A stretch of 64,000 nt of DNA, from assembly GCA_964016885.1 (NCBI GenBank), contig OZ024745.1, forward strand, positions 48,546,001 to 48,610,000, written 5' to 3'. Shown in pieces: positions 12,395 through 25,650 of the stretch. The translations under genes were made by a program, and so were the position numbers. Within the stretch, counting starts at the first letter, position 1. Each line of letters starts with the position of its first letter. The stretch is from Eledone cirrhosa. Its lineage: Eukaryota. Under the pieces are notes generated by a model. That model was not told where the DNA came from, searched no databases, and saw only the letters and a list, made by a program, of their open reading frames with translations.

Positions 12395-12945
12395 GTATAT
12401 GATCAGGGGAGATTGTAGAGTTGCTTGAATAAAAGAAAGTTGATGTATGCTATGTACAATAGACTAGAAGAGACTAGATGGAGGAGAGAGTCAGCTATAT
12501 TCCTTGTGGACAAAAAATGATTCTACAGATTTTTCTGGGTGAGAAATGACAATGGGCTGGGTGGAGTAGAGGTTATGTTAGCAGAAAAATGGGTAGATAA
12601 GGTTATTGCTGTAAATAGAGTGAATGACAGAATCATTAAAATTAGACTAGTACTACATAGAACAATTATGTCAATTATATCTGCTTATGCACAATAATCT
12701 GGTTTACCAGACGTTATAAAAGACAGGTTCTATGAGTCCCTAATGCACACTACTTCCCAAATAAACGGTGGTGACTGCATAATCACTGCTGGTGACTTTA
12801 ATGGGCATGTTGGACAACACTGTGATGGCTATTACAGTATCCATGGAGGTTATGGGTTTCATACTAGAAATGAAGAAGGTTTCAGGCTCCTGGAATTTTG
12901 TGATGACTATGACCTATCTATCTGTAACACAAACTTTAAAAAACA
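12395..12945 (+). mobile_element. RTE APE endonuclease fragment (pseudogenised)
   Basis: GEIVELL..., GLGGVEVMLAEKWVDKV, IISAYA, AGDFNGHVG, GGYGFHTRNEEGFRLLEFCD, ICNTNFKK; stops upstream. Confidence 0.85.
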
Positions 12946-13757
12946 AGACATTAAAAACCTGCCATATTGTTCAGATATATAGAGATATATATGTTCCTTT
13001 AGTAGTTGAATGATGTATATGTTATTGGACACACCATGCTGTTTCAACAAGGACATGTTCTGTATGCTATCTATTCAATATTTCTCTACTTCCAAAGAAT
13101 TCCTTTGATGACGGAATTTCTTCCAATATCGGTTGTCTTAATTTATTGAGATAATTTGTATTGTTTCTTAATTCCATAAGCCAGAATGCTGTTTTCTTGT
13201 AAAATATATGGTAGTTATGAGTAAAACATTAAAATACATTATAGTTTCTCACATATTATAGTTCATCACACATTGTGTGCACACTCTTGATTCTGCTTTG
13301 ATGAGGTAATTTATGGTAGCAGGATGTTATGACTAAAACATTTCTCTATGCCATCTTGCTGCTTTCCTTCTGCTCAAAGTAATTTTTAGTAAGCTGCAGC
13401 TTCTGAGGAATTCAATAGTAAGAATTCTTTCTGTTACTACTTGCTCTACAGTAAAGTTTTCAGGCTCATTATTATCAGTATCACTAATGTTGGTACCAGT
13501 TTTATTCAGTATTGCTAATGTTGGTACAAACATTGATAACACTGTTGGTGTCAATAAAACACCAACATCATTATGAAATATTAACTTTTATAAAAAGATT
13601 GTTTCAGCTGTTATACATGCACACTCATGAAATAGTCTTATCTCTTTCTAATCTCATTGATATCATTATATTCAACATTGTAGTATGAACAAACAATATC
13701 AGATGGACAAAGTTGTGTACAGAATGGAGACTGTTGGGGAGAGGTTGACATCACAAA

Positions 13758-13955
13758 CCCTTTAGTATTTACATTACTCTATATTTACTATTGTATTTTA
13801 AGGTAAACATCTCACATAATATTGAATCTAAGAGATTTTGATATTTATTTTGAGAAAATGCCTCAACATAAGTATGAGCAGCCAGTCATGGCCAGTTTGA
13901 ACAGAAAGAGGTGAGTGAATTCTGGCAGGATATGGTCTGTTTAAATGTTAAAGGG
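13758..13955. mobile_element. piggyBac-type MITE, family A
   Basis: TIRs CCCTTTAGTATTTA / TAAATGTTAAAGGG, TTAA on the right; homologous to 30171, 31864 and 41396. Confidence 0.8.
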
Positions 13956-14248
13956 TTAAGGAAGACTATGAACGAGATTATTGCATGCATGTAAAGATAA
14001 AAACAATTGGAACTAGCTTAGAGACAACTTTGTCTGGCAGTGTGAAGATAATGACTAGTGATGAAATGGAATACATTTAAAATATTAGTGAACATCTACA
14101 TAATTGCTCAATCTGCTATAAATAGCAGCCAATTTTCTCTCAAATCACACCCTATCATCTTAAAAGAAAAGTAATATATAAAATGTGATGGTCCTGACTG
14201 GAATGACTCTAAGAACAGCAACATTTGAGAACATGTGAACCAATATAT

Positions 14249-14800
14249 CATCATCATCATCATCATCATCATTATCACCTCTTTTAACGTCTGTTTTCTA
14301 CGCTAGCATGGGTTAGAAGAGTTGTTCCATTGTGAGGCAAGTCAGTTCAAGTGATCGTGTCTTGTTTATACAGAACTGTTTTGGGCTTGGTTTCTTCATC
14401 TGGATGCCCTTCCTAATGCCAACCATATTTACAGGGTGGACTGGGTACTTTTTCATCGCATCATCAGCACGACCACCTTACAGGGTGGACTGGGTGCTTT
14501 TTCATTGTGTCACTAACACGGCTACCTTACAGGGTGGACCAGGTGTTTTTTTGTCATGTCACCAAAACGACCTCTTTACACTGTACTAGGTGCTGGGGGT
14601 GAGGGAAGTGCATGTATGAATGGTGGGGATTGAAGAGATAGGTCTGTGGTGGGGTACTTAGCTGGTGATGGGTGGAGTATTAGGATATTGGAGGTCTATG
14701 GAAGGAGGTAGGGGAGAAGTGGTGCATACTAGAAACCACAAGATGTTTGCTCCAGCCCATGCACATGGGAAGGTGGGTCTTCTGCATTACTGCATAAGCA
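14249..14800 (-). mobile_element. RTE long-3'UTR fragment with three internal ~49-bp repeats
   Basis: (CAT)n tail, GGATGCCCTTCCTAATGCCAAC core, TTACAGGGTGGAC three times. Confidence 0.7.
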
Positions 14801-15549
14801 GTTAATTCAAAAGAGTTAGGGTTATTGTTTTGTGTCCATTTTTCCATGTCTGCCCAGGTTAGACCAAGCCTGTAATTTATCTCAGCTACTTGGGCATTAC
14901 AGTCTATTGCTGGGCTAATCTCAAACTGCTGCTGATGTTTCTGCTACCAATTTTCACCTGAAAAAGCTGGAGCAATGTGAAATGAAGTGCCTTGCTCAAG
15001 GAAACAATGTATCGCTCTGGTAATCGAACACATGAATTTTATGATCAAGACTCCAACTACTCGACCCCCACACCTGCACAATTCATAAGATAATCTGCAA
15101 CATTGCTAGACTATTGCTGTTCAGCAGCTAAGCATTATTACAAAATTGTTTTCACATGTGAAATGTCATGGAAGTTTATTGTTTTTTCATAATAAAACAG
15201 GAAATTCTTTACTTGACAGTTTCTTTATGGCAGATAATGCTGACTCATTCATAATGAGCTTCTTTTTGTGTTTGGGATGGGGGGGGGGGGGGGGGGGGGG
15301 CATATTATAGGACTTTCAAATTTTATTTTTCACTGTTTTGTCAGAGAGGGAAGGGTTGTAGCAATGACCCCTTTCAGGACTTCTGAGACTGGTGGGAGGA
15401 AGGGAGAAAGGTAGCCACAAACCAGAAATCTGGTTCAAATGTTTGCAACAGATTAGACTCAACTTAAGACATCTAATGGAGTTGGTGTTAAATCAGGCAG
15501 TGGATTAAATCTGCCATTCAATTATATTATAAGTTAATCTCCTTTCCTA

Positions 15550-15785
15550 GTCATCATCATATTTTCAAGTCCATTTTTCCACATTTGCATGTGTTGGATG
15601 GGTCCTTTTCAGCACAGCATCTCTCCACACATCACAATCCTTCATCATCTCCACTGCGAGTTACAGTGATTTGAGATCAGCTCTCACCACCTCTTCCCAG
15701 GTCTTGCGGCTTCTTTCCACTGGGATTTCTTGACACTTCTTCACCCAGCAATCACTATCCATGCACATCACATGTCCATACCAAT
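15550..15785 (-). mobile_element. RTE 3' fragment
   Basis: Clear similarity to 3990-4240 (CAGCACAGCATCTCTCCAC...CACATGTCCATACCA). Confidence 0.8.
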
Positions 15786-17267
15786 GAATAATGTTACAGA
15801 ATATTTTTAACAAACATTTTATATAGTAAGCCAGTAACTATGATACCAGCAAAGCAGTGGCAAAAGCTATATTTCCACTGATAAAGCCTACTAATCCAGA
15901 AACAGTTGGAATTGTCTCCCTTGTTTACTTAAGTAAATGTAATGTTAGTCAACACCTAATATTTTCCCTGATTGTCACATTGAACCATATAGTGGTTATT
16001 TCAGATTTTGAAAACATTAAAAATAATTAAGCCCATCCTTTTACTCTTGAATCAGTTGATTGTCTTCCAGTCAACATCCTTTCTTGGTATTCAATTCCGT
16101 AGTGTAAACAACTTCTGCAAAATATCTCTCATGGGTAACTGGAAATTTAAAGATAATTTATTTATTGTATTTCTTTCTGATTAAACAACATTTTGCTAAC
16201 TGAATTTGAATTTTTTTTTTAAGAACAAAATAATCTATTTCAATTAATTAAGTTTGTTTAGATGCCGGGTATCATCTAAAGTTGTTGAAATAGATTTTGA
16301 AATAAATAAATAAAATTTGAAGAAAATAAAATAAATATTACATTTTAATCATTCTTCATTTATTATCAAATTGAAAGTGTTATAGATATGAGTAAAAATC
16401 GCAATAAATAATAGGATTGTGTCAAAGTGTATACTTCTTTTTTGTTTAGAATATGACTCTGTATTTTCTTTCTAATATAAAATGAAATCCTAATAAAATT
16501 AGTAAAATAATTATGAGACACTTGTTAAGATAATAATAAAAAATACTAATGACAGTTATCTGACTGGAGATTAGTTGAGCTATAACAATAAACAACTGCG
16601 ATAAATTTTACTGTAATTTGGAGACTGCTGACATTTCTCTTATAAATAAGGGCAGTTAAAAGAGTCAGTAAATCATTGATGCAACCAAGTTTTTTAATTT
16701 CCTATAGCTAGAATGTAAAAACTGATAAAGTAAATCTTTTGATATCATTCCACCTGAAATTGCCCCTGGTTTTATAATACAAAACTGTTTGTTTTAAAGC
16801 GTTTATATTTATCTAAAAATCTTCCATCATAATTTTGTGTAAGAACCTTTTTTATGTTTCAAATGCTGAGAAAATTAGTTAAATTACTAAATACCTCCAA
16901 ATTCTTGATTATTTTTGAAATGATTTAGAAATAATAGGTAGTATCTTTCATTAGAAATATTGTAACTAAAAGGTCAAGAAATAGTATTGATTTTTTTTTA
17001 CATAGAAACAATGGCAATTCTTTTGAATGGAAAGGAGTACCTTTAATGGAATCAATGCTGGTATATTACAGCTATGAAATCCTAACCTTTTAACCCTGAC
17101 TTGACATCTGCATGAAAATCACTGAAAAAAAAAATTGACAATGTTCATAGCAATGCCAAGAACTGAAGCTAAAGTAATGATTTAAAATGATTGGTGTTTT
17201 GTGTAGAAAGTGGTATAAATATCAGTAATAAACAGAACTGCATGGTAGAAAAGAATACTGAAAAGGC

Positions 17268-19205
17268 AGGATACAGTTGAACATCAGTGTACCAGGGCTG
17301 GTGGGTTACAGTCAAACATCAGTGGTACCAGGGCTGGTGGGTTACAGTCAAACATCAGTGGTACCAGGGCTGGTAGGTTACAGTCAAACATCAGTGGTAC
17401 CAGAATACTGGGCTGGTAGGATACAGTCAATCATCAGTGGTACCAGGGCTGGTAGGATACAGTCAATCATCAGTGGTACCAGGGCTGGTAGGTTACAGTC
17501 AAACATCAGTGGTACCAGGGCTGGTAGGTTACAGTCAAACATCAGTGGTACCAGAATACTGGGCTGGTAGGATACAGTCAATCATCAGTGGTACCAGGGC
17601 TGGTAGGTTACAGTCAAACATCAGTGGTACCAGAATACTGGGCTGGTAGGATACAGTCAATCATCAGTGGTACCAGGGCTGGTAGGATACAGTCAATCAT
17701 CAGTGGTACCAGGGCTGGTAGGTTACAGTCAAACATCAGTGGTACCAGAATACTGGGCTGGTAGGATACAGTCAATCATCAGTGGTACCAGGGCTGGTAG
17801 GTTACAGTCAAACATCAGTGGTACCAGAATACTGGGCTGGTAGGATACAGTCAATCATCAGTGGTACCAGGGCTGGTAGGATACAGTCAATCATCAGTGG
17901 TACCAGAATACTGGGCTGGTAGGATACAGTCAATCATCAGTGGTACCAGGGCTGGTAGGTTACAGTCAAACATCAGTGGTACCAGAATACTGGGCTGGTA
18001 GGTTACAGTCAAACATCAGTGGTACCAGGGCTGGTAGGATACAGTCAAACACCAGTGGTACCAGGGCTGGTAGGATACAGTCAAACATCAGTGGTACCAG
18101 GGCTGGTAGGATACAGTCAAACATCAGTGGTACCAGGGCTGGTAGGATACAGTCAAACACCAGTGGTACCAGGGCTGGTAGGATACAGTCAAACACCAGT
18201 GGTACCAGGGCTGGTAGGATACAGTCAAACATCAGTGGTACCAGGGCTGGTAGGATACAGTCAAACATCAGTGGTACCAGGGCTGGTAGGATACAGTCAA
18301 ACATCAGTGGTACCAGGGCTGGTAGGTTACAGTCAATCATCAGTGGTACCAGGGCTGGTAGGTTACAGTCAATCATCAGTGGTACCAGGGCTGGTAGGAT
18401 ACAGTCAAACATCAGTGGTACCAGGGCTGGTAGGATACAGTCAAACACCAGTGGTACCAGGGCTGGTAGGATACAGTCAAACATCAGTGGTACCAGGGCT
18501 GGTAGGATACAGTCAAACACCAGTGGTACCAGGGCTGGTAGGATACAGTCAAACACCAGTGGTACCAGGGCTGGTAGGATACAGTCAAACATCAGTGGTA
18601 CCAGGGCTGGTAGGATACAGTCAAACATCAGTGGTACCAGGGCTGGTAGGATACAGTCAATCATCAGTGGTACCAGGGCTGGTAGGTTACAGTCAAACAT
18701 CAGTGGTACCAGAATACTGGGCTGGTAGGATACAGTCAATCATCAGTGGTACCAGGGCTGGTAGGATACAGTCAATCATCAGTGGTACCAGGGCTGGTAG
18801 GATACAGTCAAACATCAGTGGTACCAGAATACTGGGCTGGTAGGATACAGTCAAACATCAGTGGTACCAGGGCTGGTGGGTTACAGTCAAACATCAGTGG
18901 TACCAGAATACTGGGCTGGTAGGATACAGTCAATCATCAGTGGTACCAGGGCTGGTAGGATACAGTCAAACATCAGTGGTACCAGAATACTGGGCTGGTA
19001 GGATACAGTCAATCATCAGTGGTACCAGGGCTGGTAGGATACAGTCAAACATCAGTGGTACCAGAATACTGGGCTGGTAGGATACAGTCAAACATCAGTG
19101 GTACCAGGGCTGGTGGGTTATAGTGAAACATGACTCAGACCAGACACGGAGCTGATGGGATACAGTTAAACATGGCTCAGACCAGAATACTGGGCTGGTG
19201 GGTTC
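17268..19205. repeat. 36/43-bp minisatellite, about 50 units
   Basis: Unit GGTACCAGGGCTGGTAGGATACAGTCAAACATCAGT; 43-bp variant carries an extra AATACTG; degenerate units at both edges. Confidence 0.95.
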
Positions 19206-20808
19206 AAAGAGTTAACCAAGTAAGGAGTCATTGGATTACACAATGTTTGAATAAAAGATGAAATAATCACTGCTTGAACTTCTTTCATCAAAGGTTTTCT
19301 CAATTAGTTTTCACCTTGAGCTAAATAACAATAACAGTAATAACAATAATTGCTATTTGTTTTATTGTTTAGAAGGAAAGGTGTAGTTGATATCAGCAGG
19401 ATTGGAATTTAGAATATATAATGAAACTAAATACTATATTGCATTTAATCCTGATCTCTGCCACTTTCTATCCACCTGTGCTATAATAATTATGTGAATA
19501 TTACAATCTAATTTGTTATGAAGTAACTGAAGAGCAATTATGGGGGTTTCCTTCAGTTTATGATTGTATCTTTGCAGTTGTTAATGGCTGCACCCTGATA
19601 ATAGAGAGATAATATTAATGAAATTAATATACTCTTACTTTTATATAACTCCTATTCAGAGTTGTTTGGATAAGTTCCATATTATAACTCTTTAATTGGG
19701 TGGTAATAGAAGTAAATTAACCAATTGAATCATAGAAAGCAGTGTGAAGTTAATAAAGATTATTGAGGGTGGACTAGTGGGTGTGCCTTTTATAAGTAAT
19801 TTGATCTGTAGATATAATTCTTCCTGCTGATAAAGTTTCATCATGCTGAAAACATGTTTTAAGTTCAAGAAAACACGACCGACAATTATATGGTACAGCT
19901 AGAAATTAAAGCTGGCTTAATCATAATGATAGTTTCATTTTAACAAGTTAGACAAATTTCCATAATTCATGAGTTGCTCACTAGTTTATAACTTTGAATT
20001 TAAACCTTGTCAATAAAATGTTGTGTGGTTAAGAAGTTCATTTTGCAATCATATGGTTCTAGGTTTAATCTTAGTGGGTATTTGTACTTTGGGTAAACAT
20101 CTTGACCTAAACATTGTGATTGAAATCAAATGAGTTGTACCAATTCTTAGATGATACAGCTAATGCATCACCTAGTTTAAAACCCTGGAGAATTTAATGG
20201 GGCCCACTCTGTTACAAGCATTCAAACCAAATCTCTGGTCTAAGTTTTGCTGCTTCTGCTGTATATGACAGCTGTTTTCTCCCTTTCTATCATCAGTTTC
20301 AGAGTTCATGTGCAGTGTTCTTCACCATCTAACTGAACCATAACAAAAACTAGACTGAGATATATAATAAAAATAAAAAGCTACTATATCAGTATTCAGA
20401 TGTATTGAGTTGTCAGTTTTACTAAGCATTCATTTTACTGGTGCCAAGCAATATCTTTTAAATAATGTTTCTTCTTCTTCTTCACCCACTTATTACTGAG
20501 AGGGTCGTGAGGGCAGAGTCCTCAAACACTCCTTCCAGTGGGTCCTGTCAGAAACAAAAATAATGTTTCATATTAGATAACCTAATCTCAGAGATTGTAG
20601 ATCATTTTATTATCCATTATTTTTTTCAATTTCAACTTTCTGGTACTATATGACAGTGTTCACCAGCCACAACAAGGACAATGTAATTAAATTAACAGAG
20701 ACAGTGTTGGGTGATTTATCCATGGCAATAACAAATAATATAATACAAACTTAAGAGAAATCATTTAAGCTCTATTTCTAATACATACTAATATATATTA
20801 AATATAAT

Positions 20809-21328
20809 TGTTTCTATATTTGGCACAAGGCCAGCAATTTGAAGGAGAGGGGAAAGTCGATTAAATCAACACCACTGCTTACTGGTACTTTATTTTATTG
20901 GCCCTATAAGGATGAAAGGCAAAGCTAACCTCGGTGGGATTTCAACTCAGAACATAAAGGGCCATAATTCTATGCTGTGAAGCATTTGGTCTGACGCTCT
21001 ACCAATTCTGCCAATCTATATTGCATTAAATATAATTGCTTCTACTTTTGGCACAAGGCCAGCAATTATCCTGGTGCTTTATTTTATCGACCCCGTAACG
21101 ATGAAAGGCAAAGTTAACCTGGGCAGGATTTGAAATTAAATATAATTGTTTCTACTTTAGGCACAAGGCCAGCAATTACCCAGTGTATTACTGGTACTTT
21201 ATTTTATCGACCCCATAAGGATGAAAGGTAAAGTCAACCTCGGCGGTATTTGAACTCAGATTGTAAAGGGACGTAACTATGCTGGAAAGCATGGTGTCCG
21301 ACCCTCTACCGATACTGCCAATCCACCG
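20809..21328 (-). mobile_element. Three tandem copies of a tRNA-derived SINE with a Nin/Deu-like central domain
   Basis: Each copy has TTGTTTCTA..GGCACAAGGCCAGCAATT and GGATGAAAGGCAAAG or a close variant; each is preceded by an identical ATTAAATATAAT (20797, 21025, 21135). Confidence 0.88.
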
Positions 21329-21934
21329 AATGCAAACTTAAAAGGCCAAAGACTTAAACACATCATTATAACTTTCTATCACCATTAAATTCCCCAAATA
21401 TGTGTTTAGAAACATTGGTAAGTAATTAAACAGTATATTTCAATGTACAAACAAGCAAAAGAACATACTTGTGCTGCTTTACAAGATAAAAGAAGGATTC
21501 ATTACTACTTTAGGGGTTTCAGATTTCATAAATGATATGAAATAGCAGTTAATAGAAAAGTTTAAAATGTCAGACTTCTTGTCAAACCTATTGACACAAT
21601 TGACAAGATGTTATCTTTGTACATGTTAATAGGGTTGCCATATACAGAGTTTGGTAATAAGATATGGGAAATACACTTCACACATGAAATATGTCACAAA
21701 ACAGATACAAAATATTGTGATATCGTGTTTAGAAAATTAAATTGTTTGGTTTGTAAAACTTTTCTGTTACAACTGTCATCAGCCTTAAGTTGTTTACTAA
21801 ATATATCACAGCCACAAAACTTAATATGTCAATAGATGTTACTGGTGATGAAATCTTTTTACAATGTGAATTTATAATAATTTGACTCAATGACCACACT
21901 AGAAGAAGTCATAGATTTAGAGACATTCATGAGT

Positions 21935-22158
21935 ATAATAATAATTGTTTCTACTTTAGGCACAAGGCCAGCTATTTGGAGAGGGAAAAGTCGATTAAAT
22001 TGGCCCCAGTGCATTACAGGTACTTTATTTTATCGACCCCGTAAGGATGAAAGGCAAAGTTAACCTCAGCAGAATTTGAACTTAGAATGTAAAGGGCTGT
22101 AATTCTATGCCACAAAGCATGTTGTCCGACACTAACGATACTCTCAATTCACTGCCTT
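21935..22158 (-). mobile_element. Same SINE family, with (ATT)n tail
   Basis: TAATAATAATTGTTTCTACTTTAGGCACAAGGCC...TCGACCCCGTAAGGATGAAAGGCAAAG. Confidence 0.85.
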
Positions 22159-22159
22159 T

Positions 22160-22197
<38 letters not shown>

Positions 22198-22198
<1 letters not shown>

Positions 22199-23790
22199 AA
22201 TATTAATAAAGATTTCTTTATTAAGCAGAAAAGGTTCACATTCAGAAAAAAACATTCAGGATGACGCAGGACAAAACATTGAATATGAGTGTGTTGGTGT
22301 GTGGACTTTACATGTTAACAGATTTAATACAGGTCTCACTGATGATCACTGATGTTCAGTGACCTGAGGTCATTGAGCAGGTGACCCAGCTTCCAAGGCG
22401 ACCCCAGATTATGTGCATTCACACTGCCTATTCTAAGCAAGACCATGTTTTGGAGAAAAGAAGAAAAGTTAGTTTTGTATTGAAGGGTGGTTTGTCTGTT
22501 CTTCCGGTTGTTTTGGGGTGTTTCCACTAAGTATACACTTGTTGACGTTCCCTTGGAAATCAATTTTCTTTGAGAATTTAGTTTTTAGCTGTGTATGTAT
22601 ATCTTGTGTCGTTTGAATGGTTTGTATGTGTGTAGGTATGGGGATTGTGGGTTATAATATCTGTTTGTTTGATATATGTGTATGTTTGTATGTATTTTAA
22701 GAAGTCTATGTAGCTTGTAATGCTATTTTCTTTACTTTGTGTTTGCTTTTGTTGTTGTTGTGTCTGTGGGTTGAGTTGTATTTGTGGAAGTGGTGGTGAT
22801 GTAGTGTTTGCTTTGTCTAATTTTTGCTTTGCAGTTTTTACTTTTTTTCTCTCGATTTTATGTATGGGTGAGGTTCGTTCGTTAGTTTTTACAGTTTTCC
22901 TTTTCTTTTTTTCCCTTTCCTGTGTTTGCTTATCACTTTCCAATCCTCATCCTGGTTAGACTCACAACAGGTTATGCCTGACCTTTCAGAGTTGGGGAGT
23001 GACATGTCCTCCAATTAAATTGGTTTGGAGACAGGGGGATCTTTTGATGCTGTGGTTGGCACAAGGCCAAATTTATTGGGAGACGGAGAAGGAGAAAGCC
23101 CTATTAAACTGGGCCCCCTCCATAGCCACTTCCCTAAACTATCACTGACTAGTTCTCTTTTTTGGTCTGGTAGACTTCAAGGATTTTTAAATTTTCCTCA
23201 ATGACTACTGTGACTGGAGCAATTAGCCAAGGAATGGCTATTTCAGGCAGTACCTGCTGGACAAGGATCCTTGCCATAATGGTATAGGACAAACAGGATC
23301 TCTTCACTTTGTAGGTGTTTTAGGGAGTGAGATCTTGCTTCCTCTTCTGTCGTAAATCTCACCTACACTGTCCCTTTGTATATAAGTTTTTAGGTTCCAT
23401 ACAAAGCTTAAAGCTTTTTGTATTTGAACCTCTCCATGTTCCTTGTTTTTAAATCAATGTTACCATGTAGCATACTGTATTTTGGATGGTGTCAACTGAG
23501 GTGTTGAGGCTAACAATAGGGCTAGCTCTTTCCACCAGTTGTATAACTTGTACTTCTTCCTCAGAGTAAATTACTCTTTGCAAGAAAGATTTCATAGCCC
23601 TCGCAAAAGATAGCTTACCACTAGTGATGGCATTTTTGGTTGGTTTGCCGGCTGGCTCGTTGTTGATACTGTTGCCACTGCTGTTATTATTGTTCTTGTC
23701 ATTGGTGCTGTTTTCCAATTCATTTTTTGAAACAGTTGTGTTACTGGTTTTTCCTTCATGTACAGGCATTTTCATTTCACCAAATTCACT
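22198..23790 (-). mobile_element. Internally deleted Tx1/L1-clade LINE remnant (ORF1 remnant, spacer, ORF2 start fused to 3' UTR)
   Basis: ORF2-like start MVLLRIGSVNAHNLGSPWKLGHLLNDLRSLNI (about 22446-22350); 3' end AATAAAGAAA resembles 46516-46560; ORF 23449..23856 has ORF1-like SFARA and low-complexity N-terminus. Confidence 0.55.
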
Positions 23791-23806
23791 TGTATTATGA
23801 CTGTTA

Positions 23807-23988
23807 GGGCGGTGAATTGGAAGTATCGGTAGAGGGTCGGACATGCTTTCCAGCATAGTTACGTCCCTTTACGATCTGAGTTCAAATCCTGCCGAGGTTA
23901 ACTTTGCCTTGCATCCTTACGGGGTCGATAAAACAAAGTACCAGTAATGTACTGAGTAATTGCTGGCCTTGTGCCTAAAATAGAAATA
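23807..23988 (+). mobile_element. Full-length young tRNA/Nin-like SINE with 13-bp TSD
   Basis: TSD ATTATGACTGTTA at 23794-23806 and 23989-24001; B box GAGTTCAAATCC. Confidence 0.92.
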
Positions 23989-25245
23989 ATTATGACTGTT
24001 ATTGGTGTTGTTGCAGTTGTTGTTCCTGTTATTATTTTTTCTATTCAAGCAACTTTTATTATTTAAAACCACATTGCTTGAAATAATGTTGATTCGTTGT
24101 TTTCATTTTTGCTACTTTATGTGATGGCTATCAGACACTGTCATCAATAAACATTTTTATCTTGATAGAGGAAACATTGTCCACCTATATATGTGAGGTA
24201 TATCACTCTCTTTTTCTGCTTATAGTATCCTTGCTAAAGTTTTGACTGAGATATAAATTAAATGTTTAAAATCTCGATGTCACAACACATCATAAGGGGT
24301 GTCATTCAAGATAAAACAATCCCACTTGCAAAGAGCTGGGTAGCCCTCCTACAACTTTGTCAAGTTTAAGGACTTCACCAAAAGATTAGGACTGATCAAA
24401 AACAAATAAAAAAATTCCTATAAATTTCAGTATGTTTTTGTTATAGCTCAGTCAAAGGAGAGACACAAACCATAACTTTTGTGTATAGACTCTAAGATTG
24501 ATGATGGAATAAGAGAAAGAAGCTATGACTTATGCAACAGTTAAAAAAGTGAGTTTTTCTAAAGCCTAATATGCTAATCAGGTTAGCTCTTGTCCTGGTG
24601 TTATGTGGTGTTAAGTGACTGAGAGTAAAAGACATCCTGCTGGACAGGTAGGAGGCCAGTCCCTTGCAAGATTAACTCACAACTGCTGCCAGTGCACATA
24701 TTCTTTTTCAGCTGGGTGGGCTGGAGTAATATGAAATGAGATCAACAGTGATATCTTTCATCAAAGAGTATTATTATTGAAGGAAAATGATATTATCTAT
24801 GCTATCTTTTATCAGAGGAAATACTTACAATAAAAGAAAGAATATGATAACCTGAATGAAATTGTTTATATTTTAATAACGTTTAGAGTAACAGATATTC
24901 CTATGAATTAGCTAAGATAGTGTTCATTTGAATGGTGTATAGAGAGAATGAACTCATCATTTGGATATAATTGAGGAAGTGGCTTTTCAAATCTCTTTTG
25001 TTCTTTGTACATATGTAAGCATAATCTAACAAGTATTATCTTTTAATTGCTTAAGACTTCGTCTTTTAAGATTCTTTGTATTAACTGAAATATTTAAGTT
25101 AGGAGTCAACGGAAGAAACAATATGTCACATACAGCATTTATTAACCACTAACTAAAGACATACGTACATACATAAATACATACATACACAAATACACAT
25201 GCATACATATGTATATATGTATATATAGATATGTGTATATATGCA

Positions 25246-25283
<38 letters not shown>

Positions 25284-25650
25284 CCCATGCTAGCGTGGAA
25301 GATAGACATTAAACGATGATGATGATGATGATGATATATTATATATATATACATATACATATACATATGTGTATATATGTGTATACATATGTGTGTATAT
25401 ATACATATGTGTATACATATGTGTGTGTATATATATATTATATATATACATATACATATGTGTGTATATACACACACGCACATACACACACACCTACTCG
25501 TTTCCATGTTCCAGCCGGCAGGCTGAGGCCATGCTTTGGTATGCACTACTTGTAAAATATTCCCAAAATAACTTTCGAAAAACCTTATAGTTTTTAATCT
25601 TTATTACAGGAGTTGAGAAGTTAACTACTAATTAAGAGTAAGGGATAAGA

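Noticed and set aside
12950-13620. Possible degraded DNA-transposase remnant on the minus strand
   Set aside because: Only vague motif resemblance; family and boundaries cannot be supported
15279-15300. Long G/C homopolymers (also about 10443, 38861 and 45001)
   Set aside because: Low-complexity runs of unreliable length with no supporting structure
17277-18843. Long repetitive ORFs on both strands (VVPGLVGYSQTS, SGTRAGRIQSNI, LPALVPLMFDC)
   Set aside because: By-product of a stop-free 36-bp unit; 43-bp variants shift the frame freely; no splice or codon evidence
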